From contig CAYVZF010000001.1 in the NCBI GenBank assembly GCA_964456095.1, forward strand, positions 4,889 through 57,863: 52,975 bases of DNA, in the 5' to 3' direction. Positions 9,932 through 19,091 of this stretch are shown in pieces. A program made the position numbers and the translations under genes. The stretch comes from an uncultured Erysipelotrichaceae bacterium. Lineage in GTDB: Bacteria > Bacillota_I > Bacilli_A > RFN20 > CAG-449. Below the pieces are notes generated by a model. The model was not told the DNA's origin and searched no databases. It worked only from the letters and a program-made list of their open reading frames with translations. Every line of letters begins with the position of its first letter. The stretch's first letter is position 1.

Positions 9932-11017
9932 TTACTCCTCAATAATTCTTTTTGTAGTTTCAATATCGAAAAAATGTACTTTTTCCATATTAAATTCGAC
10001 GTTTAATACTTTTTTATTTAAATCATTATCACTACTTATTCTCGCTAATAATGTTTGTGATTTTAATGCGAGTTCAATGTAATATTCATCTCCTAAAAAT
10101 TCTTTATGTTCTACATTTAATGATAATGAATCATCTTTATTCGATAGTATTATGTTTTCAGGTCGTACGCCTAAAATAACTTCTTTATTTTGATAAGTTT
10201 CAAGTTTAGATAAATCTTTATCATCAATTCTAATTTTATAATTATCAAACAAGAAATATTTATCACTTACTATACCCTTAATAAAATTAATGTTTGGTAT
10301 TCCAATAAATCCCGCGACAAACATATTAGATGGATAATTATATAAATCAAAAGGTGTTGCGATTTGTTGAATATGTCCTTCGTTCATAACGACAATGCGA
10401 TCCGCCATTGTCATAGCTTCAGTTTGATCATGAGTAACATATATAGTTGTAGTCTTTAATTCTTTTTGAAGACTAACAATCTCACTTCTTGTTTTCTCTC
10501 TTAATTTAGCGTCCAAATTAGATAATGGTTCATCCATCAAAAATACTTTTGGATCACGTACTACAGTTCTTCCTAATGCAACACGTTGTTTTTGTCCACC
10601 TGATAAATTTTCAGGCATGCGGTTTAAATAATCTGATAAATCAAATCTTTCTGCAGTTTCTTTAACAATCTTATGAATAACATTTTTTTGTTCATGTCGT
10701 AATTTTAAAGAAATACCCATATTATCATATACAGACATATTGTAATATAAAGCATAGTTTTGGAATACCATTGCAATATCTCTATCTACAGGTGCCAATT
10801 GATTAACCCTTTCGCCATCAATAAATAAATCTCCTGAAGATATTTCTTCTAGTCCAGAAATCATTCTTAATATTGTAGATTTACCACATCCAGAAGGACC
10901 AACTAAAACAACAAATTCACCATCATGAATATCAATATTTGCGTCATAAACAGCATGAAATCCATTAGGATATATTTTATTTATATTTTTTAATTTTACT
11001 TCCGCCACAATAATCAC
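9932..11017 (-). CDS. sugar ABC transporter ATP-binding protein (MsmX/MalK/UgpC type)
   Basis: Walker A GPSGCGKST, signature LSGGQKQR, Walker B VFLMDEPLS and H-loop YVTHD. It has a C-terminal MalK-like regulatory domain. Confidence 0.9.
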   Translation of the reverse strand: MIIVAEVKLKNINKIYPNGFHAVYDANIDIHDGEFVVLVGPSGCGKSTILRMISGLEEISSGDLFIDGERVNQLAPVDRDIAMVFQNYALYYNMSVYDNMGISLKLRHEQKNVIHKIVKETAERFDLSDYLNRMPENLSGGQKQRVALGRTVVRDPKVFLMDEPLSNLDAKLREKTRSEIVSLQKELKTTTIYVTHDQTEAMTMADRIVVMNEGHIQQIATPFDLYNYPSNMFVAGFIGIPNINFIKGIVSDKYFLFDNYKIRIDDKDLSKLETYQNKEVILGVRPENIILSNKDDSLSLNVEHKEFLGDEYYIELALKSQTLLARISSDNDLNKKVLNVEFNMEKVHFFDIETTKRIIEE

Positions 11018-11914
11018 CTACTTTGACATTTGCTTAAATGAAATTTTGTTTTCTTCAATATATTCTTCTTTTCTTTTGATCTTAATATAGGAAGATACAC
11101 CTATAAATATTGATACAATAAAGCAATATATATTAGTTCCATAAATAATAATTCTATCACTCGTTATTGCTTCATTTAATGGGACTTGCATTACATATTT
11201 GATAACAAATAATATTCTTATTAATGAATAAATACCAAATATTATAATTAAATAACAAAATAATTTTTTATAATTTTTAATTTTAATCGCGCTTGTAAAT
11301 AAGAATAATAGAATTGCAATATTTACAATAATGAATATTCCAATCCAAAAATTTCTTTCCATTATTTTTAACATATAAACTATGTATAATCCATCAAAAA
11401 GTATAGTAGATAGACATAACCAATATGATAAAATATTTGCTCTATAGAATGACAAATCCGTTTCTCTTTGGATTTTTTCTTCTTTATTTAATTCATTCCA
11501 TTCTTTTAAATTTTGTAATCTTCTAATTTTCGCTCTATAATTTGCATTACTTTTTTTGTACTTATAAATCAATTTATTTTTATATTCATTAAATTCATTT
11601 ATTATTTCTTGTTTTTTATCCTTACTAAATTTTTTGCCATTAATTTTTAAATCAATTACGTTTTCAGTCTCATTTAAATTTGAATCTTTATAAATAACTA
11701 TATTATCTATTTCGACATTTTGTTTTTTTGCCTTTACATTTTCTTTATATTGCATTCTAATTTTATTTATTTTTTTTCTTATTTTTAAAGGCAACCTTAT
11801 ATCAGGTTCTTCTAATATAGTAAGATTCTCAATTATTTTTTCATTTATTTTATTTTTTTCTATTAATAAATTTATTTTTTCAATTTTAGAAGGAATGTTT
11901 TTATCATTAATCAT
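11018..11914 (-). CDS. unassigned membrane protein with a Lys/Asn/Glu-rich N-terminal coiled-coil-like half
   Basis: 298 aa. Residues 1-155 or so are charged and low-complexity. The C-terminal half has about 4 TM segments. It abuts the ATPase gene with no gap. Confidence 0.5.
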   Translation of the reverse strand: MINDKNIPSKIEKINLLIEKNKINEKIIENLTILEEPDIRLPLKIRKKINKIRMQYKENVKAKKQNVEIDNIVIYKDSNLNETENVIDLKINGKKFSKDKKQEIINEFNEYKNKLIYKYKKSNANYRAKIRRLQNLKEWNELNKEEKIQRETDLSFYRANILSYWLCLSTILFDGLYIVYMLKIMERNFWIGIFIIVNIAILLFLFTSAIKIKNYKKLFCYLIIIFGIYSLIRILFVIKYVMQVPLNEAITSDRIIIYGTNIYCFIVSIFIGVSSYIKIKRKEEYIEENKISFKQMSK

Positions 11915-12464
11915 TTATAACACCCTCCTTCTTTAATTTTAAATATTTAAAATGATTAAATACTAAAATACTTATAAACAATAAAAAGGTTATTATAGCC
12001 ACTACATTTACTACATATCCAATATTAAATGTTTCAAATCTCATTTGATAATTTACCATATCCGGATCTTCTAAATATAAATAACTAAAATCCACTCCCT
12101 TATATTCATTTGACAATCCATTAAGACGGAATATTGAGAATATAGATGAACCAGTTAATATCACGATAATACTTCCTATTACAATTAATGCGAAACGATC
12201 ACATACTTTTTTATTTATCTCGAGAACATATATTAAAATAATAGAAATCAAACCGACTAAAGAAAAATAAAAAATAATACGATTAAACACTTGCATATCA
12301 TCATGAAACAATTTAATTCCTTCATTTAAAGGTAAAATTAATCCAAAAAGATTTGAATATTGTGTCATAAAAGATATTGAAAATATAAATTCTGTAATCA
12401 CTACAAACAAATAAATAAAAAACATTATCTTTTGCAATTTAAAACTTTTTCTTAATGTTTGCAT
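11907..12464 (-). CDS. unassigned integral membrane protein (about 5 TM)
   Basis: 185-aa ORF overlapping the next gene by 8 nt. Hydrophobic throughout. Confidence 0.5.
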   Translation of the reverse strand: MQTLRKSFKLQKIMFFIYLFVVITEFIFSISFMTQYSNLFGLILPLNEGIKLFHDDMQVFNRIIFYFSLVGLISIILIYVLEINKKVCDRFALIVIGSIIVILTGSSIFSIFRLNGLSNEYKGVDFSYLYLEDPDMVNYQMRFETFNIGYVVNVVAIITFLLFISILVFNHFKYLKLKKEGVIND

Positions 12465-12527
12465 CTAAATAACCTCCTTTATCGTTGAAATTCTTAAGGG
12501 AATCACTTCCCTTAAGAATATTAATTT

Positions 12528-14612
12528 TTATTGATTTTGTAATAATTGCATAGTTTGATATGCAGCTTGATATGTTCTTACATATGCATCTAAATCAGCA
12601 TCTTTAAACACTTTCAAATAACTATCATAATTTGATGGAATTTCAACACCTGTTGGAGCTCCTCCAGCTGTTTTAAATCTTATTGTATTAAATATGATTT
12701 CGAAAAGGCCATCTGTATTCATACCTGTATTTTGAATAGTTTCATTTTGTCTTTCAGTTAATGAGAATACTGGTGGTACTAATTTATAAAAATTAGGATT
12801 TGTTCCTTCAATACCATCTCCAGCATATGTTGGAATATTAGTTGTTGATTCTTGTAATAATTTCCACGCTGCAAAGCCACGTTCTGATGTGTATTGATAT
12901 TCAAAACCGATTTCTTTTGAATATCCAATTGGCATTAATGATCCAATCCAGTTACGTAAGAATGTAGAAAGGTCTCCATTTGCAACTTCATTCGCAGTTG
13001 TTGTAACCCAATCAACATATTTTGGATATACTTTTCCATCAGGTCCATTAAATTCACTATTTTCATCAATCATTTCAGGTATACCATAGTTTTGTACTTT
13101 AGCGCCTTCTTCACTGAAGAAATAGTCAAATAAAGTTACCGCTCTTAACTTAACTTCAGAAGATGATTGTGCTGAGATTGCCCATCCATCAGATTTAATA
13201 ACACGTGAGTTATCAATATAATATTGCCATACTCCGTTTACTCTTGAAACAGGAGGTAAAACACCTACTACATCATCATTTAAACCATCCGCGGTTGTTG
13301 AAGCAGTAAAATCAAATGTCATAAATCCATATTTTCCATTTTCTGCTGTGTCACTACCATATAATTGAGTACGGAAATTTGATTTATTAGTTGAATCATA
13401 AATATCTTCATAAATTAAGCCTTCTGCATGAATTTGAGATAAATATGTTAATAAGTTGTAAAAGTTTTCTTGAGTATATGTATATTGAATTTGTCCATCT
13501 GCATCTATATACCATCTTGAACCATAAGAGTCAGAGCCATGAACTTTAATACCATCAAAATATGTTCCAAGTCTTAATAATTCCTCACGATAACTTCCTT
13601 GTCTAGTAAAATACGGATATACTTCTTTAGCTTTACCGTCAGTTAAATATGTTGGGTTTGCTTTAATAGTTCTAAATAATGCAACTAATTCATCAATATC
13701 ATATGCTGCTTTTGCGCCAATATATAATTCACTTGGATTATCATAATCATAATTAGTTTTAATATAATTTTTTAAGCAATTAGCAAGTGAAGCACCATCT
13801 TTTTTAGATAACTCATTCATTAATGTAATAATATTTTGATTTGTTTTTTTATTAATTTGAACACCTTCTTTAGGAGTAACAGTTCCACCATTACTACCTG
13901 TACGAGCATTATCATTAATCCAGAAACCTTCATAATGTGTTGAAATAGTTACATTAGTATCATAACTAGCATTAGTTGAATCTAATAATTTTTTAACCCA
14001 TGATTCACGAACATGATATGTACGCGCGAATTCGCCGATTTCCGCGATATATGGAATATAATAAATATTTCCATCATATGCTGTGATAGCTGTTTTAACA
14101 TTAGGATTTTCATTTAAGAATTTAGAAAAGTTTGGCATTAATCCATCATTTATATATTTACTTAAATTTTCAAATTTTCCTTGTGTACCATAACTCATTA
14201 ATTTTTCAGCAACGTTATTACCACCATAAATATCCGCATTTGTAAATCCTGTCGCGGCAGAAGTAGTAATCATATCTTTGGCTTTTTGATCTTGAGTAGT
14301 TAAGTCTTCAAAATTAGCATTTATTTGATTTGCAACATAACGCCACATAGGTTTTAAACTTCCTTGACTAATAATTGTTTTTCCATCAGGAAGTGTAATT
14401 GGGCTTGATTGTTGATATGTCATCGTTTGAGAACGATTACCATAAGCCAAATTAAATCTTAAGTTAACAGATTTTGATAAATCATCTGAAATATTAGTGC
14501 TACTTGAATTATTACTTGTAGCATCATTAGAAGAGGTATTACTTCCTCCACCACAAGCAAATAAACCTAAACACGCACTAAATGTAAGAATAGTTTTAAT
14601 TATTTTTTTCAT
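12528..14612 (-). CDS. ABC transporter extracellular solute-binding lipoprotein (large LplA-like family 1)
   Basis: 694 aa. Lipobox GLFAC followed by GGGS and a Ser/Asn-rich linker. AGGAGG RBS. Located directly downstream of two permease genes. Confidence 0.8.
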   Translation of the reverse strand: MKKIIKTILTFSACLGLFACGGGSNTSSNDATSNNSSSTNISDDLSKSVNLRFNLAYGNRSQTMTYQQSSPITLPDGKTIISQGSLKPMWRYVANQINANFEDLTTQDQKAKDMITTSAATGFTNADIYGGNNVAEKLMSYGTQGKFENLSKYINDGLMPNFSKFLNENPNVKTAITAYDGNIYYIPYIAEIGEFARTYHVRESWVKKLLDSTNASYDTNVTISTHYEGFWINDNARTGSNGGTVTPKEGVQINKKTNQNIITLMNELSKKDGASLANCLKNYIKTNYDYDNPSELYIGAKAAYDIDELVALFRTIKANPTYLTDGKAKEVYPYFTRQGSYREELLRLGTYFDGIKVHGSDSYGSRWYIDADGQIQYTYTQENFYNLLTYLSQIHAEGLIYEDIYDSTNKSNFRTQLYGSDTAENGKYGFMTFDFTASTTADGLNDDVVGVLPPVSRVNGVWQYYIDNSRVIKSDGWAISAQSSSEVKLRAVTLFDYFFSEEGAKVQNYGIPEMIDENSEFNGPDGKVYPKYVDWVTTTANEVANGDLSTFLRNWIGSLMPIGYSKEIGFEYQYTSERGFAAWKLLQESTTNIPTYAGDGIEGTNPNFYKLVPPVFSLTERQNETIQNTGMNTDGLFEIIFNTIRFKTAGGAPTGVEIPSNYDSYLKVFKDADLDAYVRTYQAAYQTMQLLQNQ

Positions 14613-14630
14613 TTTACTTTTCCTCCTTTT

Positions 14631-15506
14631 TTAACCTTTAACTCCACCTAGATTAGCGCCTCTTGTAAAATATTTTTGTATATAAGGATAAATAACTAAT
14701 ACGGGTATAATTGAGCATATTATAATTGCGTATATCAAACTATCCGCAGCATATGATAGTTGAGCAATTGATGCTGATTCATCATAAAGTTTTTGATAGT
14801 TTTCAATTAATATTCTTAAATAAACTTGTAACGGTTGTTGTGTAGAATCTTTTAATAGCATTCTTGACCAATAATAACCATTCCATCTAGAAATCGCATA
14901 GAATAATGTAACTGTAGCAATTGATGCTTTTGACATAGGAATATAGATATTTAAAAATACTTGAAATTCATTTGAGCCATCGATTCTAGCAGCTTCTTCT
15001 ATTTCTTTTGGAACAGAAGAGAATGCATTTCTTAATAGAATAATATTATAAGCTTGAACACCAAATGCAATAACCATTCCCCACTTATTATCAACACCTA
15101 ATTCTACATAGTTAAGATATAAAGGAATCATACCTGCACTAAACCACATAGTAAATACTAAAAGGAAGTTCCACATTCTTTTACCTAATAATTTATCTTT
15201 AGATAAAACATATGCTCCCGTTAAAGAAATAAACATACTCCAAGCAGTACCAAATATTGTATAAAATAATGTATTTGTATAAGAAATCCAGAAACCTTTA
15301 TCTAATAAAACTGTTTTATATGCCTCAATAGTCAAATCTTTTGGAAAAAATACTATCGAGCCTGATTCATAAGCAATTTTACCACTTATAGAAACACTAA
15401 AAGCGTATAAAATTGGATACAAACACAAAATTGCAAATATCGTTACAAAAAAATACGAGAATATTCTAAATATAATTTCACTTTTACTTGATCTTTCCAT
15501 AAACAC
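14631..15506 (-). CDS. sugar ABC transporter permease (LplC-like)
   Basis: 291 aa, 6 TM. EAA loop EEAARIDGSNEFQVFLNIYIPMSKA. Confidence 0.85.
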   Translation of the reverse strand: MFMERSSKSEIIFRIFSYFFVTIFAILCLYPILYAFSVSISGKIAYESGSIVFFPKDLTIEAYKTVLLDKGFWISYTNTLFYTIFGTAWSMFISLTGAYVLSKDKLLGKRMWNFLLVFTMWFSAGMIPLYLNYVELGVDNKWGMVIAFGVQAYNIILLRNAFSSVPKEIEEAARIDGSNEFQVFLNIYIPMSKASIATVTLFYAISRWNGYYWSRMLLKDSTQQPLQVYLRILIENYQKLYDESASIAQLSYAADSLIYAIIICSIIPVLVIYPYIQKYFTRGANLGGVKG

Positions 15507-16472
15507 CTACCATAAAGAAGTTTTTGATACTTGTCTACTAATTTTGTTTGCACTTACAACAAGTAAGAATCCAATAACAGAATTAAATATACCGACTGCA
15601 GAACCTAAACCAAAATTACCTGTAGAAATACCTAGTCTTTGTTCGAATGTAGATAACACATCCGCGGTTATGTACGTATTTGGTTGATATAAAAGCAATA
15701 CTCTTTCATATCCTACAGACAGCATTCTACCTATACGCATAATAATCATAATAATTAATGTTGGTGCCATACCTGGAATAGTTACATAACGTATTTCTTG
15801 CCATTTATTACCACCATCAACTTTTAATGCTTCATACATTACAGGAGAAATACTCATAATCGCTGCAAAATAAACGATAGAATTATATCCTGTTTCTTTC
15901 CAAATACCTGTAATAATATACATCGGTCTAAAATAATTTGCGGACTCAATTATCTTAGTACCTTCTGGAACAATATTTAAATTATAAAGAAGTTGAGCGA
16001 CTAAACCTGTAGAGTTTGTACCTTTATAAACTAAAGTAATTACAATACCAGTAATAGTAACTTCTGATAAAAAGTGAGGTAAATAAGTGATTGTTTGAGC
16101 TATTTTTCTAAAACCCTCACTTCTTATTTCACTAAATAACAAAGCTAGGAAAATAGGGATCGGGAATCCAAACACAAGACCATATAAGCTAATTACAAAT
16201 GTGTTTCTAAAAGCTCCCCAGAATGCTGTTTTATTGACTCCATTAATAATATTTAAGAAGTTCGTTAATCCTAAAAAATCACTATTATATATACCTTTAA
16301 TAGAATCAAATCTTTCAAATGCAACGATTAATCCACCCATAGGCTTATAAGCAAATAAAGCAAACCATACAACAATTGGGATTAATAAAACATAAAGTTG
16401 CCATTCTTTAATTACTTCTTTAATTATTTTTTTACCTTTCGGCTTCCTCATTTCAATATTATCCATTTTCAC
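15507..16472 (-). CDS. sugar ABC transporter permease (LplB-like)
   Basis: 321 aa, 6 TM. EAA loop YEALKVDGGNKWQEIRYVTIPGMAP. Confidence 0.85.
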   Translation of the reverse strand: MKMDNIEMRKPKGKKIIKEVIKEWQLYVLLIPIVVWFALFAYKPMGGLIVAFERFDSIKGIYNSDFLGLTNFLNIINGVNKTAFWGAFRNTFVISLYGLVFGFPIPIFLALLFSEIRSEGFRKIAQTITYLPHFLSEVTITGIVITLVYKGTNSTGLVAQLLYNLNIVPEGTKIIESANYFRPMYIITGIWKETGYNSIVYFAAIMSISPVMYEALKVDGGNKWQEIRYVTIPGMAPTLIIMIIMRIGRMLSVGYERVLLLYQPNTYITADVLSTFEQRLGISTGNFGLGSAVGIFNSVIGFLLVVSANKISRQVSKTSLW

Positions 16473-17023
16473 ACCCCCTTTTCATCATTAATATAAACAT
16501 CCATATCAGTTACTATTGAGTTTTTAACTTTCGATAAAATATATAAGACAATATAGCTTAAAACAAATGTAAATATGTTAGAAACTAAATATCCTCCAAT
16601 CGCGGTAAAATCATGATTTATTATTAATAAAACTAGCGCTTTACCAACACTGAGCGAAATCATACATAGTAGAGAATAAAGCAATAAAGAATATGGTGAT
16701 TTTATTATCACATTTCTACTTCGATTCTTTTTTATAAATAATTCAAATATGACAATAGGAACAACCGCGAAAGCATTTGCAATCACATAATAAAGCGTTC
16801 CATTTAAATAACCTATATTATCTAAAAATATTAAAGGTATGCCAGAAACAATAAACGGAATTATTCCTTTAATACCCCATCTTAAAGAAGAGATTAGAAA
16901 AAGCAATAAAGAAAAGCTTAAATAAAATCCGCTATCAAGTCTTTTAAAAAAGAATGACGATAAGAATTCACAAATAATAGACAAGATAGAAAAAATATAG
17001 ATATCAAGCTTTTTAAATTGCAT
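16469..17023 (-). CDS. unassigned integral membrane protein, first gene of the transporter operon
   Basis: 184 aa, 5-6 TM. AAAGGAGA RBS. Overlaps the permease gene by 4 nt. Confidence 0.5.
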   Translation of the reverse strand: MQFKKLDIYIFSILSIICEFLSSFFFKRLDSGFYLSFSLLLFLISSLRWGIKGIIPFIVSGIPLIFLDNIGYLNGTLYYVIANAFAVVPIVIFELFIKKNRSRNVIIKSPYSLLLYSLLCMISLSVGKALVLLIINHDFTAIGGYLVSNIFTFVLSYIVLYILSKVKNSIVTDMDVYINDEKGV

Positions 17024-17035
17024 AAATCTCCTTTG

Positions 17036-17060
17036 GTTCGAATATACGAACCGCGTTCGT
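17036..17060 (-). promoter_or_regulatory. palindromic operator GTTCGAATATACGAAC plus a third GTTCG half-site
   Basis: Imperfect 16-bp inverted repeat at 17036-17051, with GTTCG again at 17055-17059. It lies between the predicted promoter and the RBS. A near-identical element is at 24002-24026. Confidence 0.55.
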
Positions 17061-17074
17061 ATTTTTGTACTTTT

Positions 17075-17103
17075 ATTATACCATTCCTCTATAAATACTT
17101 CAA
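17075..17103 (-). promoter_or_regulatory. sigma-70-type promoter of the transporter operon
   Basis: On the minus strand: TTGAAG (17098-17103), a 17-nt spacer, then TGgTATAAT (extended -10, TATAAT at 17075-17080). Confidence 0.6.
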
Positions 17104-17110
17104 TATTGTA

Positions 17111-19090
17111 TTAGAAATTAGTTCCTGTATTCTCTTTTGTTTTTATCACAATATTTGATGCTCCATAATCTTGATATTTATATATTCCATTTTCTTCAGT
17201 AAGTTCAGGAATTATATTAGAAAACCACGATGGAGTTACAACATTTTTAAATACACTTAATGAATCTAAATAATTCAAAGCATAGAAATGATTATTAATA
17301 AACTCAGGATTTATTGGTTCTTTATCATATCTAATCGCAGCATAATCAGACGATACTACTAAGTTATTATTAAATGTTACATCTTTACACGCAACCGCAT
17401 ATTTACCACCAATTAAAAAGCTTTGTCTACTATTAACAATAGTATTATTTTTTATCAAAATATTAAATGGTGTCCATTGTAAATTCATTACAGTTGTTTC
17501 ACCATGTTCATTTACACCAGAATGAATTACAATTCCCGCACGTGTATTAGATGAAGTATTAACATCTTGAATATAATTATTTCTAATTACATGTCCAGCA
17601 TCATACATTCTAATTCCACCAGCATCTGTTATTTTATTACAGAAGAATGAATTACCTTCAATTAAATTATTTTTTCCATGTCTACATGTAACTAAACCAA
17701 TGCATGAATAAAATGTATTATTTCTTACAATTGTTCTTCCCGCTTTAATAGATATAATTTCAATTTCACCATTAATGTTTTCAAAAAGATTATCTTCAAC
17801 TATTATATTAGAATCAGATTGTGAATAAGTCGATGTTCCAATTCTAATAGTTTCATATCCATTTGCTCCACCAGCTTCTTTATAATTCAAAAATTGATTC
17901 TTGTGAATATAATGATTTTGTGAAGACATATCATTTCTCCAAACAGTAAGTAAAGACCCTCCTGTTGTTTTTCCATCAAAAATGTTTCTATCAATTTCAT
18001 GATATCTACCTGTTAATGATAACCATTTATAATCATTGCCAACTAATTCATAATTTTTGATTATATTATTAGTAAATCTTAAATGATTTCCATTTAATGC
18101 AACAACACCTGTATCTTTTGAAGGATATCCATCTACAAAATTAAAGTTTGCAATGATAACATAATCCGCGATAACATCTATTCTCGATTCTCCACACAAT
18201 TTTACATTTCCCGGATTTTTAGCAAATATAAATATTGGATTTGTCTCAGTTCCAGAAGTTAAAATATTAAAAACAACATCTCTATATATACCATCTTCTA
18301 AAATAATTGCATCTCCTGGTTTAATTTCATTAATCGCAGAAACTATTTCAACTAAAGAAGAAACGTATATTTTATTTAAAATTCGTGGATCATTTTCATT
18401 TATGTATTCATAATCATCACTTTTAATTGAATCAACAACTACTTCAAAAGATTTTGTTAATGATACATCACCTAGTGAGAATGTACCTGTTAATGAAACA
18501 GTTTTTTCTTCTTTAGATCTATATACGTTACCATCTAAATCAATAATTGAAGAATCAGAGGTTTCCCAAGAGATATATACACCATTAATATTTGTTACAC
18601 GTGGTAAAACAATAATGTCTCTATTTATTTTTTCATCTGGCCAAAGAATAAAATCATTCATCGCCTCAACTACTTTTGGTTCTATAGTTCCTTCTATTTT
18701 TTTAACAACTACATCGTATTCTCTTTTTTCTCTTGTGCTACCTAAAACAGCAATCGCGGTTAATGTAATAGGAATATCTTTTTCAATACTTCTAGTTACA
18801 TGTCCATCAGAATTAATTACTTTAGGATCACTACTTTTCCAAGTAATAACTCCTTCTTCTGAAATTTTCTTTGGAAGATAAATATTTGAAACAATTGACT
18901 CAGGATTTTCAATTACAAAATCATCCATGAACTCTTTAACTATTTCATAATTTGTTTGAGGTCTTGTATCTACTTCTGAAGAAATATCATTTTGTGAATA
19001 TAAACTACCGCTATTTTCAGAATTATTATTACAACCACATAATGTAATTAATGAAGCAAGAATAAAAACTGATAAAATTCTTTTTTTCAT
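17111..19090 (-). CDS. PL6-family polysaccharide lyase lipoprotein (alginate lyase / chondroitinase B fold)
   Basis: Lipobox ITLCGC. Two Ig-like repeats (ITWKSSDPKVINSDGHVTR and ISWETSDSSIIDLDGNVYR). The parallel beta-helix carries GYETIRIGTS...GEIEIISIKAGRTIVRNNTF...LVTCRHGKNNLIEGNSF, matching the PL6 Ca-site and Lys/Arg motif. Start placed at ATG 19088-19090 (MKKRILSVF, RBS AAGGAGGAAG) rather than the ORF-track start at 19117. Confidence 0.75.
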   Translation of the reverse strand: MKKRILSVFILASLITLCGCNNNSENSGSLYSQNDISSEVDTRPQTNYEIVKEFMDDFVIENPESIVSNIYLPKKISEEGVITWKSSDPKVINSDGHVTRSIEKDIPITLTAIAVLGSTREKREYDVVVKKIEGTIEPKVVEAMNDFILWPDEKINRDIIVLPRVTNINGVYISWETSDSSIIDLDGNVYRSKEEKTVSLTGTFSLGDVSLTKSFEVVVDSIKSDDYEYINENDPRILNKIYVSSLVEIVSAINEIKPGDAIILEDGIYRDVVFNILTSGTETNPIFIFAKNPGNVKLCGESRIDVIADYVIIANFNFVDGYPSKDTGVVALNGNHLRFTNNIIKNYELVGNDYKWLSLTGRYHEIDRNIFDGKTTGGSLLTVWRNDMSSQNHYIHKNQFLNYKEAGGANGYETIRIGTSTYSQSDSNIIVEDNLFENINGEIEIISIKAGRTIVRNNTFYSCIGLVTCRHGKNNLIEGNSFFCNKITDAGGIRMYDAGHVIRNNYIQDVNTSSNTRAGIVIHSGVNEHGETTVMNLQWTPFNILIKNNTIVNSRQSFLIGGKYAVACKDVTFNNNLVVSSDYAAIRYDKEPINPEFINNHFYALNYLDSLSVFKNVVTPSWFSNIIPELTEENGIYKYQDYGASNIVIKTKENTGTNF

Positions 19091-19091
19091 T

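Noticed and set aside
18615-18881. 88-aa ORF on the plus strand
   Set aside because: It is antisense inside the PL6 lyase gene.
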